From Candidatus Fervidifonticultor quartus (GTDB lineage Bacteria > Sysuimicrobiota > Sysuimicrobiia > Sysuimicrobiales > Humicultoraceae): a DNA stretch of 64,000 nucleotides. The stretch covers positions 3,823 to 67,822 of the forward strand of contig JAVKJV010000008.1 of assembly GCA_031458775.1 (NCBI GenBank), in the 5' to 3' direction. Below the pieces are notes generated by a model. That model was not told the DNA's origin, searched no databases, and was given only the letters and a program-made list of their open reading frames with translations. Positions 46,497-58,897 of the stretch are shown piece by piece (the first letter of the stretch is position 1; every line of letters starts with the position of its first letter). Made by a program: the position numbers and the translations under genes.

Positions 46497-47666
46497 CTAC
46501 ACGTTCTCCGCCATCATCTCGCCCGCGACCACCACGCGCCGGATCCCGACACGGTCCGATCCGAGCTCGTAGTCGATCTCGATCACGTCTCCGCGCGCCC
46601 CCTCGGCGAGCACGCCGGGGTCAACACCCAGCAACCGTGCCGGATTGCCGCAGGCCATCGTCACCGCATCGGCGAGGCTCACGCCAGCGTAGGCCATCAC
46701 CTTCGGCAAGGCCGATGCCAGCTCGAGGGCCGAACCGGCCAGGTACGGCGTGCCGGTCAGGCTGATGCGGCCCCTGGACGAGAGTGTCACCCTCAACCCC
46801 AGCCAGTCGTAGTCACCCGGCGGCATGCCGGCGAGCGCCACGGCGTCGCTGATCAGGATTGTCCGCTCCACGCCCTTGGCCCGCACAAAGGTCTTGACGA
46901 CCGACGGCGGGAGGTGATGGCCGTCGCTGATGATGCTGGCGGAGAGTTCGTCAGCGCCCAGTTGCTCCCAAATGTAGTTGGGATGCCGGGGCAGCATCGC
47001 GTGCGACCCGTTGCCCAGGTGGGTGGACAGGCGAGCACCTGCGACAACAGCCTCGCGGATGTTCTCGGGCGACGCGGCGGTGTGGCCGATGGCCACGAGC
47101 ACGCCGGTTCCCGCCACCTTCCGGATGAAGGACGGCGCCTGCGGCCACTCCGGGGAGAGCGTGAGGATACGGACCCGTCCGCCGGCCGCATCCTGAAAGG
47201 CCTGGAACTCGTCCCAGTCCGGCGGCCGGACATGCTCAAGCGGATGCGCACCGCGCGGGCCGTCTTCCGGCGAGAGGTACGGCCCCTCGACGTGGATGCC
47301 AGCGACCGCGCGCGCGATCCACAGGTGCGTCCGGCAGGCGTCGGCGATGACGCGCAACGCGCGTGTCATGCGCTCGTGGCTCTGCGTGCAGATGGTCGGG
47401 CAGAAGCGGGTGACGCCAACCGCCTGCAGGCGGCGCACGACCCGACCGACCCCGGCCACGTCGATCTCCGTGCCGTTCAGGTCGGTGCCGGCAAAACCGT
47501 TGACCTGGACATCCACCAGGCCCGGCAGCACCCAGCGGCCAGCCGGCACCTCGGCGTCGGCAATCGGACGGACGCGCGCGATGCGGTCACCTTCGACGGT
47601 GATCTCGACCGGGACGCCGCGCCACGGGTCCCGACCCGCCAGGGTCTGCGGCGTCACGCGCGTCAC
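46497..47666 (-). CDS. NagA-like amidohydrolase (N-acetylhexosamine-6-P deacetylase family)
   Basis: PGLVDVQVNG, GIHVEGPY, GAH, IGHT, THLGNG, DGHH, LAGS, NPA. Confidence 0.88.
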   Translation of the reverse strand: MTRVTPQTLAGRDPWRGVPVEITVEGDRIARVRPIADAEVPAGRWVLPGLVDVQVNGFAGTDLNGTEIDVAGVGRVVRRLQAVGVTRFCPTICTQSHERMTRALRVIADACRTHLWIARAVAGIHVEGPYLSPEDGPRGAHPLEHVRPPDWDEFQAFQDAAGGRVRILTLSPEWPQAPSFIRKVAGTGVLVAIGHTAASPENIREAVVAGARLSTHLGNGSHAMLPRHPNYIWEQLGADELSASIISDGHHLPPSVVKTFVRAKGVERTILISDAVALAGMPPGDYDWLGLRVTLSSRGRISLTGTPYLAGSALELASALPKVMAYAGVSLADAVTMACGNPARLLGVDPGVLAEGARGDVIEIDYELGSDRVGIRRVVVAGEMMAENV

Positions 47667-48559
47667 CGCACCCCGGCGCGCTCAAGCGCGCCACGGATGT
47701 ACGCGAAGCCCTCCCGGTACTGGGCGTCGAGATCAGGCACCCCGCCCACGTCAATTCCGATGTAGCCCGCAAAGCCGTGGCGCTTTAGCCCGGCGATGAG
47801 CGCGTCCCAATCCACGGTGCCGCGTCCGGGCGCCAGGTGCTCGTTGTCGCGGCCGTCGTTGTCCGAGGCGTGGACGTAGAAGATGCGCGAGCCGAGCTTC
47901 TCGACGGACAGCGGCAAGATCTCCTTCTGCGCGTGCAGGTGGCCGCAGTCCAGTACAGCCCCAAAGACCGGATCGTTGACGTGCTCAGAGAGCCGCATCA
48001 GCGCGTCGGTGTTGCTGACCAGTTCCCCCACCCGGGGCTCGAGGCAGAGCCGGAGCCCGGCGTCCCTGGCGATCGCGGCGCAGGCGCGGATCGTCTCGAC
48101 CAGTGTGCCCCAGGTCCGCGCCCACGAGAATCCCTCGGGAATCCGCACGTCGAACTGCCGCTTGAACTCGACGGTATCGGCGTACGGCCGGTGCGTCACG
48201 TACTCGACCGGCGCGGCATAGCTGTCCACCTGGACGGTCGGCGCGCCGAAATACACGGTCGCCTCCACGGCCAGCCGGAACAGATCGATCGCCGCCCGTC
48301 GCTTCGCGTCGTCGAGACTCACCAGGTCCGGGAGAACCGGGCAGAAGTTGATGATGCGCAACCCGAGATCGTCGCAGCGGCGGTGCAGGTCCGCCCGCGC
48401 GGACCAGACGGCCCTGAGGTTCTCCTCGCGGACGCCTTCGAGTTCGACGGCATCGAAGCCGAGCGCGGCCATCTCGCCGAGGACTTTGTGCGTATCGGCG
48501 ATCGACGGCGGGTAGCCATACTTGTTGATCGCGTAAAGCCAGCAGCAGTTGATCTTCAA
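47663..48559 (-). CDS. Sugar phosphate isomerase/epimerase (AP-endonuclease-2 TIM barrel)
   Basis: GFDAVELE, LCLEP, LDCGH, HASDNDG, PGRGTVDW; TTG start after GAGGAG. Confidence 0.85.
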   Translation of the reverse strand: MKINCCWLYAINKYGYPPSIADTHKVLGEMAALGFDAVELEGVREENLRAVWSARADLHRRCDDLGLRIINFCPVLPDLVSLDDAKRRAAIDLFRLAVEATVYFGAPTVQVDSYAAPVEYVTHRPYADTVEFKRQFDVRIPEGFSWARTWGTLVETIRACAAIARDAGLRLCLEPRVGELVSNTDALMRLSEHVNDPVFGAVLDCGHLHAQKEILPLSVEKLGSRIFYVHASDNDGRDNEHLAPGRGTVDWDALIAGLKRHGFAGYIGIDVGGVPDLDAQYREGFAYIRGALERAGVR

Positions 48560-48707
48560 CGGTGTGCTCCTCTCAGCATTCAGGCCTGGTATCGTTGACT
48601 TCCTCCCGGTGTCCATCGGCCTCCTGCCGGTAGGGAGTCGGCCCGGTCAAAGCGAAGCCGAGCTATAAGGATCGTCGCGTCTGATCCTGGGTTGAGGGGG
48701 AGTGTGC

Positions 48708-50018
48708 ATGCGTACGGGACGACCTCGGCACGCCGGCGTCCTGGGGCTCTGCGCCCTGCTGGCCGCCGCTCTCCTTGCCGTCGCGCCGGCCTACGGCGCA
48801 CCGACCGTCCGGCTCAACCTCTGGGGCGGATTCCCGGAGATCGGGCCGTTCTACGAGAAAATGGCCGCGGACTACCGCCGCGCCAATCCGTCGGTCGAGG
48901 TCTCGATCCTCACGCACCCGCTGCGGGACTTCGAGCGCAAACTGGCCGCGACGATCCCGGCCGACAGCGCCGCCGACATCCTGGAGATCTCGACGTATGC
49001 GCTGCAGCGATTCATCGAGGCCGGGTTCATCCCACCGAACCCGCCGGCCCAGGACACGTTCCTGCAGGGCAAGGCGTTTCCGGACGCAATGCGCCTCATC
49101 AACACGTACCAGCGCAAGACGTACGGCGTGCCGTTCTTCCAAGGACGCCAGGTGCTGTTCTGGAACATCAAGATGTTTCAGGAGGCGGGGCTCTCCCGCG
49201 CGCCGCAGACATGGGATGAGGTCATCGAGTACTGCCAGAAGCTGACCAGGAAGGACGCCTCGGGGAAGCTCACGCGCGCCGGCATCAGCCTCCGGTTGTT
49301 CGGCGGCGGCAGCGGCGTGGGCGAGAAGTGGTGGTTCTGGCTCTATCCCGCGGGCGGCACGATCATCGAGCAGCGGTCGGGCGGCAAGTACCGCGCCGGC
49401 TACAACAACCAGGCAGGCCGCGACGCGCTGAAGCTCTATGTCGATCTCGTCCACAAGTACCGCTGCGACGACCCGACGCTCAAACGCGATGCCGAGGCGT
49501 TTGCGCTGGAGCAGGCCGCGATGTTCACGCGCGAGTCGTGGGTCATCGGCTTCGTGCGCCAGAACAATCCCGGCCTGCTGTACACGACGGCCCTGTTGCC
49601 GCGCTACCGGCGGGCCGGCACGATCATCAACCCCGTCAACCTCTACGTGACGCGTTCGTCGAGGAACGCCGAGGCGGCGTGGGATTTCGTCAACTTCATC
49701 CTGCGGCCCGAGAACCAGCAGCAGTTGCTGGAGATGACGGGCTGGATGCCCGCGCGGCAGGACGTGAGCTACGTCGAGCAGATTCGCAAGGCGCCGCAGT
49801 TCAGAGCGTTCTTCGAGGCGCCGGAAGGCTACGGGTTCTACTGGTACCTGCCGATCGGGCCGTTCGACGAGATCCTGACCAAGCTGGCGGCCCGGCTCGA
49901 GCGCGCGTACGCCGACCGATCGCTGGTGGACAACCCGGCCGGCATCGCCCGCGTCATCGAAGAGATGGCGAATGAGACCAACGCGATCCTGCGGCGGGAG
50001 AATCTGTACGGCGACTAG
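48708..50018 (+). CDS. Sugar ABC substrate-binding protein
   Basis: Signal peptide, ANPSVEV, KTYGVPF, LFWN, PQTWDE, AAWDFVNF. Confidence 0.9.
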   Translation: MRTGRPRHAGVLGLCALLAAALLAVAPAYGAPTVRLNLWGGFPEIGPFYEKMAADYRRANPSVEVSILTHPLRDFERKLAATIPADSAADILEISTYALQRFIEAGFIPPNPPAQDTFLQGKAFPDAMRLINTYQRKTYGVPFFQGRQVLFWNIKMFQEAGLSRAPQTWDEVIEYCQKLTRKDASGKLTRAGISLRLFGGGSGVGEKWWFWLYPAGGTIIEQRSGGKYRAGYNNQAGRDALKLYVDLVHKYRCDDPTLKRDAEAFALEQAAMFTRESWVIGFVRQNNPGLLYTTALLPRYRRAGTIINPVNLYVTRSSRNAEAAWDFVNFILRPENQQQLLEMTGWMPARQDVSYVEQIRKAPQFRAFFEAPEGYGFYWYLPIGPFDEILTKLAARLERAYADRSLVDNPAGIARVIEEMANETNAILRRENLYGD

Positions 50019-50045
50019 CTTGAGCCAGGACCTCGAGCAGGCGGC

Positions 50046-50078
50046 CGAGGGGCCAGCCCGGGACGGGCTGGCCCCTCG
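50046..50078 (+). other. GC-rich 15-bp hairpin after the binding-protein gene
   Basis: CGAGGGGCCAGCCCG-GGA-CGGGCTGGCCCCTCG. Confidence 0.6.
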
Positions 50079-50096
50079 CGAACCTGACGGGCGCGA

Positions 50097-51047
50097 GTGA
50101 ACATGGCGTCGGTCGACGATCCTGCACGGCAGCTCGCGGCTGAACTCGCGGTCGCCCGGCCGGGCGTGAGCCGGCGCACGCTGGGTCTGTATCTCTTCTG
50201 CTACCTCGGGCTCGCGCCGGTGTTGTTGCTATTCCTGTACCTGCGTGTCATCCCGATCGTGACCACGCTGTTCGCCGGGTTCTACAACTGGGACATGATC
50301 CGGCCGATTCGCGTCTTCGTCGGCCTGAGCAACTACGTCGAGTTGCTCCGCGATCCCAACTTTCAGAACGCGCTGTCGAACACCGCGATCCTCGCCGCGG
50401 GCAGCGTCATCTTGGGCACGGTCCTGGCCCTGGCCCTTGCGGTGACGGTGAACGCCCGGGTGACCGGCGCGCCGATCTACCAGTTGATCTACTTCCTGCC
50501 TGTCGTCACGCCGTGGGTCCCGGTGACGGTGGTCTGGAAGTGGATCTACGACGCGCGCTTCGGCCCGCTGAACGCCGCGCTGGTCGCCCTGGGGCTGCCG
50601 CCGCAAGCGTGGCTGGTGGAAGACACACTGGCGCTGATCGCGATCCTCATCGTGATGGTCTGGAAGACGCTGGGCTACAACCTGATCATGTTCCTCGTCG
50701 GCCTCAACAACATCCCCCAGGAGTACTACGAGGCCGCGGTCGTCGACGGCGCCGCCGGCGGCAAGATCTTCCGCTACATCACGCTGCCGCTGCTGCGGCC
50801 GATGCTGCTGTTCGTCGTCGTCATCTCGACGATCAACGCGTTCAACGTGTTCACGCCGGTGTTCATGATGACCAGCGACATCCAGGGCGCGGCCGCCAAG
50901 CTGGTGCGCACGCTGGTCTATGACATGTGGGAGAACGGCTTCCGCTACTTCAAGGTAGGCTACGCGTCCGCCGAGGCCGCGCTGCTGCTACTGATCGTCC
51001 TGATGCTCACGCTGATGCACATGCGCCTGTTCCGGGAGGATCGCTAA
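50097..51047 (+). CDS. Carbohydrate ABC permease
   Basis: FVGLSNY, EAAVVDGA, GYASA. Confidence 0.92.
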   Translation: MNMASVDDPARQLAAELAVARPGVSRRTLGLYLFCYLGLAPVLLLFLYLRVIPIVTTLFAGFYNWDMIRPIRVFVGLSNYVELLRDPNFQNALSNTAILAAGSVILGTVLALALAVTVNARVTGAPIYQLIYFLPVVTPWVPVTVVWKWIYDARFGPLNAALVALGLPPQAWLVEDTLALIAILIVMVWKTLGYNLIMFLVGLNNIPQEYYEAAVVDGAAGGKIFRYITLPLLRPMLLFVVVISTINAFNVFTPVFMMTSDIQGAAAKLVRTLVYDMWENGFRYFKVGYASAEAALLLLIVLMLTLMHMRLFREDR

Positions 51048-51048
51048 G

Positions 51049-51879
51049 ATGGTCGGGCGCGTCCACTACCTCCGGAGCCTGGCGCTGCACATGATCCTGA
51101 TCACCGCCGCGCTCCTCATGCTGCTGCCGTTCCTGTGGATGCTCACGACGTCGCTGACGCCGTCGTCGGAGATCCTCAACCCGTCGCTCCGCCTGTGGCC
51201 GGACAACCCGACCCTGCAGCACTACCGCGAGGTGGTGCAGGCGGCGCCGTGGCTCAAGTACTTCTGGAATACGCTGGTCGTCTCGACCGCGTCGGCGTTG
51301 GCCATCCTGCTCACGTCGTCGCTCGCGGGGTTCATCTTCGCCAAGTACCGGTTCCCGGGCCGGAACCTGCTCTTCATCATCATCCTCGGCACGGCCATGA
51401 TCCCGTTCGAATCATACATGATCCCGTTCTACCTGCAGATGAAGGCGCTCGGGTGGATCAACACGTACCAGGGGATCGCCGCGCCGCTGCTGATCATGAG
51501 CTTCGGCATCTTCTTCATGCGCCAGAGCATCATGACGATCCCTGACGAACTGCTCGACGCGGCGCGCATCGATGGCGCCACCGAGTTCTACATCTACCGG
51601 CGCGTGATCTTGCCGCTGTCGAAGCCGGCCCTCGGCGCACTGGCCATCCTGGCCGTGCAGAACGCCTGGGCGTTCTTCATCTGGCCGATGATCGTCACGA
51701 GCGACCGCAGTCTGTTCACGATGGAGCTCGGCCTCGCCATGTTCCAGCGGGCGTTCACCGTGGACTACGGACGCATCACCGCCGGCTCGGTCATCACCGT
51801 GCTGCCGGTGCTGGTCGCGTTCCTGATCCTGCGGCGCAGCATCATCCGGGGCGTCACACTGGCCGGGATGAAGGGCTGA
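51049..51879 (+). CDS. Carbohydrate ABC permease
   Basis: DAARIDGA, FIWP, GVTLAGMKG. Confidence 0.92.
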   Translation: MVGRVHYLRSLALHMILITAALLMLLPFLWMLTTSLTPSSEILNPSLRLWPDNPTLQHYREVVQAAPWLKYFWNTLVVSTASALAILLTSSLAGFIFAKYRFPGRNLLFIIILGTAMIPFESYMIPFYLQMKALGWINTYQGIAAPLLIMSFGIFFMRQSIMTIPDELLDAARIDGATEFYIYRRVILPLSKPALGALAILAVQNAWAFFIWPMIVTSDRSLFTMELGLAMFQRAFTVDYGRITAGSVITVLPVLVAFLILRRSIIRGVTLAGMKG

Positions 51880-51882
51880 CCG

Positions 51883-52899
51883 TTGAGCGTACGGTTCGCG
51901 ATCGTCGGGTGTGGCACGATCGCGCCGAGGCACGCCGAGGCCATCGGACGCGTCGACGGCGCCCGGTTGGTGGCGGTCGCCTCGCGGCGGGCCGATCAGG
52001 CGCAGGCGTTCGCCCAAACCCGCGGCATCGCCTGGGAGCCCGACCTGGCCTCGCTGCTCCGCCGTCCCGACGTTGACGCGGTGACGATCTGCACGCCGAG
52101 CGGCCTGCACAGTCAGATCGCCGTTGCCGCGATGCGTGCCGGCAAGGACGTCGTGGTCGAGAAACCGCTGGCCATCACGCTGGAACAGGCCGATGCGGCG
52201 CTGGCCGCGGCCCGTGAGACCGGCCGGACGCTCGCGGTCATCTCGCAGTTGCGCTTTGCGCCCGATGTCGTAGAGACGAAGCGGGCCGTTGCCGGCGGCC
52301 GGCTGGGACGCCTGCTGCTCGCCGACCTCTCGATGAAGTACTTTCGCTCGCAGGCGTACTACGACTCGGCCGGCTGGCGCGGCACGTGGGCGATGGACGG
52401 GGGCGGCGCGTTGATGAACCAGGGCATCCACGGTATCGACCTGTTGCTGTGGCTCGCGGGCGCGCCGAGAACCATCTACGGCTACGCGCGGACACTGGCG
52501 CGGCAGATCGAAGTGGAAGACACGGCCGTAGCCGTGGCCGAACTCGAGGGCGGGTGTCTGGCGACGATCACAGGCACGACGTCGGTCTCGCCCGGACTCC
52601 CGCGCCGGCTGGCGCTCCACGGCGAGCGGGGCTCGATCGTGCTGGAAGAGACCCGAATCGTGCAGTGGCAGATCGAAGGCGAGCCGCCGCGGGAGGCCTC
52701 ACCGCCGGCGACCACCGGCGCCGCGAGCGTGCCAACCGCGATCGGTACGGATGAGTTCGCCGCGCAGTACCGGGCGATCGTCGCGAGCCTGCGCGCGCGG
52801 ACGCCGCCGCCGGTGAGCGGCGACGAAGCGCGGCGCGCAGTTGCCGCGGTGCTCGCCATCTACGAGTCGTCCCGAACCGGGCGGGCGACCACGCCGTGA
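51883..52899 (+). CDS. Gfo/Idh/MocA family oxidoreductase
   Basis: VGCGTIA, TPSGLH, EKP, WRGTWAMDGGGALMNQGIHGID. Confidence 0.93.
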   Translation: MSVRFAIVGCGTIAPRHAEAIGRVDGARLVAVASRRADQAQAFAQTRGIAWEPDLASLLRRPDVDAVTICTPSGLHSQIAVAAMRAGKDVVVEKPLAITLEQADAALAAARETGRTLAVISQLRFAPDVVETKRAVAGGRLGRLLLADLSMKYFRSQAYYDSAGWRGTWAMDGGGALMNQGIHGIDLLLWLAGAPRTIYGYARTLARQIEVEDTAVAVAELEGGCLATITGTTSVSPGLPRRLALHGERGSIVLEETRIVQWQIEGEPPREASPPATTGAASVPTAIGTDEFAAQYRAIVASLRARTPPPVSGDEARRAVAAVLAIYESSRTGRATTP

Positions 52900-53831
52900 T
52901 GTTCAAGCGCGCGATCATCACCGATGAGGTCTCGCAGGACCCGGCCGAAGCGATCCGGCTCGCCGAGCGGTTCGGGCTGCACGGGATCGAGATCCGCTCG
53001 GTGTGGGACCGCCGGCCGCACGAGTTGTCCCGCGAGCAGATCCGCACGCTCCGCGGCATGGCCGGTGACGCGCGCCTGGCTGTCTGCGGCGTGGCGACGC
53101 CGGTCTTCAAGTGCGCGCTTGGCGACCGGGACGCGGTCCGAGAGCATGACGAGATGCTGAGGCGTTGTCTCGACCTCTGCGGCGAACTCGGCGCGCCGCT
53201 CGCGCGCATCTTCACGTTCTGGAGACCAGGCGCGCCGGGCGCACCGGCCGACGCCGGTCTGGAGCGGCCGTGGACCGAGGCGCTGTCCCCGATCGCCGAC
53301 CGCATCGCCCACGCCGCGGAGATCGCGGAACGCTTCGACGTCACGCTCGCGGTCGAGAACGAGCCCAGCGTCTATGCCTCGACATGCGCCAGGGTCGCCG
53401 AACTACTCCGTCGCGTGCAGCACCGGTTGCTGGCCGCGGTGTGGGATCCGGGTAATGCCCTCTACGGCCCGGAACCCGAGCCGCCGTATCCTGACGGCTA
53501 CGAGACGTTGAAGCCGTATCTCGCGCACGTCCACGTGAAGGATGCGCGGCGAGACGCGGCCGGCGGTCCCGCGGTGGCCGTGGTGCTGGGTGACGGCGAC
53601 GTGCCGTACCGCGACATCTTCCGGCGGCTGCTCGACGACGGGTACGAGCGCTTCGTCGCGCTCGAGACGCACTATCGCGCGGCCGGACCGCTGAGTGCCG
53701 AGGCGGCGCGGTTGCCCGGCGGCGGGGACTTCTCCGTCGGGGGGTTGGAGGCAAGCATGCTCTGCCTGGAGCGCTGGCAGGCCATGCTGGTAGATCTGGG
53801 CGTCGCCGTTCCGGAGCGGCGTCGCCGGTAA
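52896..53831 (+). CDS. Xylose-isomerase-like TIM barrel protein
   Basis: ITDEVS, IEIR, AVENE, WDPGN, HVHVKD, ALETH. Confidence 0.88.
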   Translation: MMFKRAIITDEVSQDPAEAIRLAERFGLHGIEIRSVWDRRPHELSREQIRTLRGMAGDARLAVCGVATPVFKCALGDRDAVREHDEMLRRCLDLCGELGAPLARIFTFWRPGAPGAPADAGLERPWTEALSPIADRIAHAAEIAERFDVTLAVENEPSVYASTCARVAELLRRVQHRLLAAVWDPGNALYGPEPEPPYPDGYETLKPYLAHVHVKDARRDAAGGPAVAVVLGDGDVPYRDIFRRLLDDGYERFVALETHYRAAGPLSAEAARLPGGGDFSVGGLEASMLCLERWQAMLVDLGVAVPERRRR

Positions 53832-53832
53832 C

Positions 53833-56649
<2,817 letters not shown>

Positions 56650-56737
56650 AGGACGCTGAACGCGACGATGCCGCCAGCCCGGTGCGGCCCATCGCGCTGG
56701 CACCGGCAACGGGCTGAACGCCATCAACGGACACGCC

Positions 56738-58072
56738 ATGTCGAGCGTGCGGGTCGGATTTGGCAAGGTGGCGATCACGCCTCCCCTCGGCATCTCCCTG
56801 GCGGGATTCGGTGCTCGAACCAGTCCGGCGCGCGGGGTCCACGACGATCTGTTCACCCGCGCGGTGGTGCTCGATGACGGCCGGACGCGGTCCGGACTCC
56901 TGGTCTGCGATCTCTGTGAGATCGATGCCGCGTTCGTGGCCGCGGTCCGCGACCGCGTGGAGACCGCTGTCGGCATCGCCCCTGACCAGTTGATCGTCGC
57001 CGCCACGCACACGCACGCGGCGCCGGCAACGTTCCCTCTCTACAGTGAGCCGCCCGATCCCCGGTGGCTGAGGGGCCTTGCCGATCGCGTCGCCGGCGCC
57101 GTGGTCGCAGCGGTCGAGGATGCCGGCCCCGCGACGCTCTCCTTCGGCAGCGGGCGTGAGGAGACGGTGGCGCGGAATCGCCGCCGGCCTGATGGTCCGG
57201 TCGATCCCACCGTGAGCGTGGTCCGCGCAGACCGTAGTGCGGGACCGGCTGTCCTGCTTGTGCACTATGCATGCCATCCAACGGTGCTGGGACCCGACAA
57301 CCTGCTGATTTCCCGCGACTTCGTCGGCTTTGCCGTGGATGCCGTCGAGCGTGCCACGGGCGGTCGCGCCGCCTTCGTCAACGGTGCCTGCGGCGATGTG
57401 AACGTCGGGCACTCAGCCGACCGCTCAGCCCTTGGACTGCCGCTGCCCGGACGCACGTTCGAGCGCGCGGAAGCCCTGGGCCTGCGGATCGCGGCTGCAG
57501 CGGTTCGGGCGTCACAGGACACACGCCTGCTTGCGCCCGCCGCTGGCAAGCACGCGACGGCGCTGGCCGCCGCGCGCCGAGCGATCAACGTACCGCTGCG
57601 GGCGACGCCGCCGGCAGCCGCGGCGCGTGCCCACGTTGAGAAACGGCGGCAGGACCTGCGGCGGGCGACAGCGGCGGGCGCCGACCCTGACGTCATCGCC
57701 GGGGCGCAGCTCGAGGTCCTGTACGCGGAGATGGCGCTGCGGTGGGCTGAGGAGCGGCCCGCGGCAGAGACCGAGCGCGCCGAGATCCAGGCCCTGGCCA
57801 TCGGGGATCTCGCGCTGGTCGCGTTGCCGGGCGAGTTCTTCGCCGAGTCCGGACTGCGGCTCAAAGCGATGTCCCCGTTTCCGCAGACCCTGGTGGTCGG
57901 TTACGCGGGCGGCGGCATTGGGTATGTCCCCCCGCGCGAGGCCTTTGCCGAAGGCGGCTACGAGACGCGCCTGGCTCATTGGAGCCGGGTCGCGCCCGAG
58001 ACAGAATCTCTCGTGCTGGCGGCGGCGGCTGGCCTGCTCGAGGACCTCAAGCGGCGGCAGGATGCCGTGTGA
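56738..58072 (+). CDS. Neutral/alkaline ceramidase-like amidohydrolase
   Basis: ITPP, GVHDDL, ATHTHAAP, YACHPT, GACGDVN, PGEFF, GYVP..GGYE. Confidence 0.82.
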   Translation: MSSVRVGFGKVAITPPLGISLAGFGARTSPARGVHDDLFTRAVVLDDGRTRSGLLVCDLCEIDAAFVAAVRDRVETAVGIAPDQLIVAATHTHAAPATFPLYSEPPDPRWLRGLADRVAGAVVAAVEDAGPATLSFGSGREETVARNRRRPDGPVDPTVSVVRADRSAGPAVLLVHYACHPTVLGPDNLLISRDFVGFAVDAVERATGGRAAFVNGACGDVNVGHSADRSALGLPLPGRTFERAEALGLRIAAAAVRASQDTRLLAPAAGKHATALAAARRAINVPLRATPPAAAARAHVEKRRQDLRRATAAGADPDVIAGAQLEVLYAEMALRWAEERPAAETERAEIQALAIGDLALVALPGEFFAESGLRLKAMSPFPQTLVVGYAGGGIGYVPPREAFAEGGYETRLAHWSRVAPETESLVLAAAAGLLEDLKRRQDAV

Positions 58073-58106
58073 TGGCCTGGATGGGCACCGCCCGACGCGC
58101 CGGAGG

Positions 58107-58133
58107 GCAGGAAGTGCTGGGCGGGCCGAGAAT
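58107..58133 (+). promoter_or_regulatory. SigmaH-like promoter of the methyltransferase-GT2 operon
   Basis: GCAGGA (AGGA 58109-58112), 17 nt, GAAT (58130-58133). Confidence 0.6.
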
Positions 58134-58249
58134 CTACAACCGCACACCGGAGCACCTGCTGTTGCACCGCTCTCCGGTCTGGCCGACGCGCCAGCTTCCG
58201 TCCTCCGCGTCAGGGGACGCTGTAACAAGGCCCTCAAACGGAGCGTTCG

Positions 58250-58897
58250 ATGCGGGCGATCTGGCTGGGATCGTTTGTCACTGACACCATCTATCTCGCC
58301 GCCGGCGCGTTCACGTCCCGCTTCATCGGTTCGCCGCTGCAGAAGGCGCTGGCAAGGCGCCGGTATGGCAGCCTCGCGGCCCACTATGACGCCGACGTCA
58401 TCCCTCAGGCCGGGTACTTCGCGCCACTCGAAGCGGCACTGAGTCGGCTACCCGCGCCGCCGGCCTCCGCGCTCGACGTGAGCACCGGGACCGGCGCGGT
58501 CATCAGTGCGGTCATGCGCCGGTTCCCGTCGTGCCGGGCCTTCGCGGTCGATCTCTCACCGGCGATGCTGTCCCGCGCGGTGCGCAACACACGCCATGAG
58601 GGGCTGCGGGCGCGATTTGCCTCGGCCAACGCGGCGCGTCTCCCATTCCCGCCAGCGTCGTTCGACCTGGTGACCGTGCAGAACGCGTTCCCGGTGCCGC
58701 GCGAACTCGTCCGGGTGGCGAAGCCCGGCGGCTGGGTGATTCTCTGCTACTCGGCGGGTGGTCCGGTCTTCCCATGGATCGTCCGCTCGCTGGCCGGCCA
58801 ATTCCGGGCGTTGGGCTGTGAGGGCGTCGAAACGCACCGCGTGGAGACGGGTCGGTACTTCCTCGCGCGGCGCGGCGTCGGGGTGACGCAGGCATGA
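58250..58897 (+). CDS. Class I SAM-dependent methyltransferase
   Basis: LDVSTGTG, VDLSPAML, LPFPPASFDLV, RVAKPGG. Confidence 0.88.
   Translation: MRAIWLGSFVTDTIYLAAGAFTSRFIGSPLQKALARRRYGSLAAHYDADVIPQAGYFAPLEAALSRLPAPPASALDVSTGTGAVISAVMRRFPSCRAFAVDLSPAMLSRAVRNTRHEGLRARFASANAARLPFPPASFDLVTVQNAFPVPRELVRVAKPGGWVILCYSAGGPVFPWIVRSLAGQFRALGCEGVETHRVETGRYFLARRGVGVTQA

Noticed and set aside
57979-58284. 101-aa ORF between the ceramidase-like and methyltransferase genes
   Set aside because: Overlaps both neighbours, no motifs, and contains a promoter-like site
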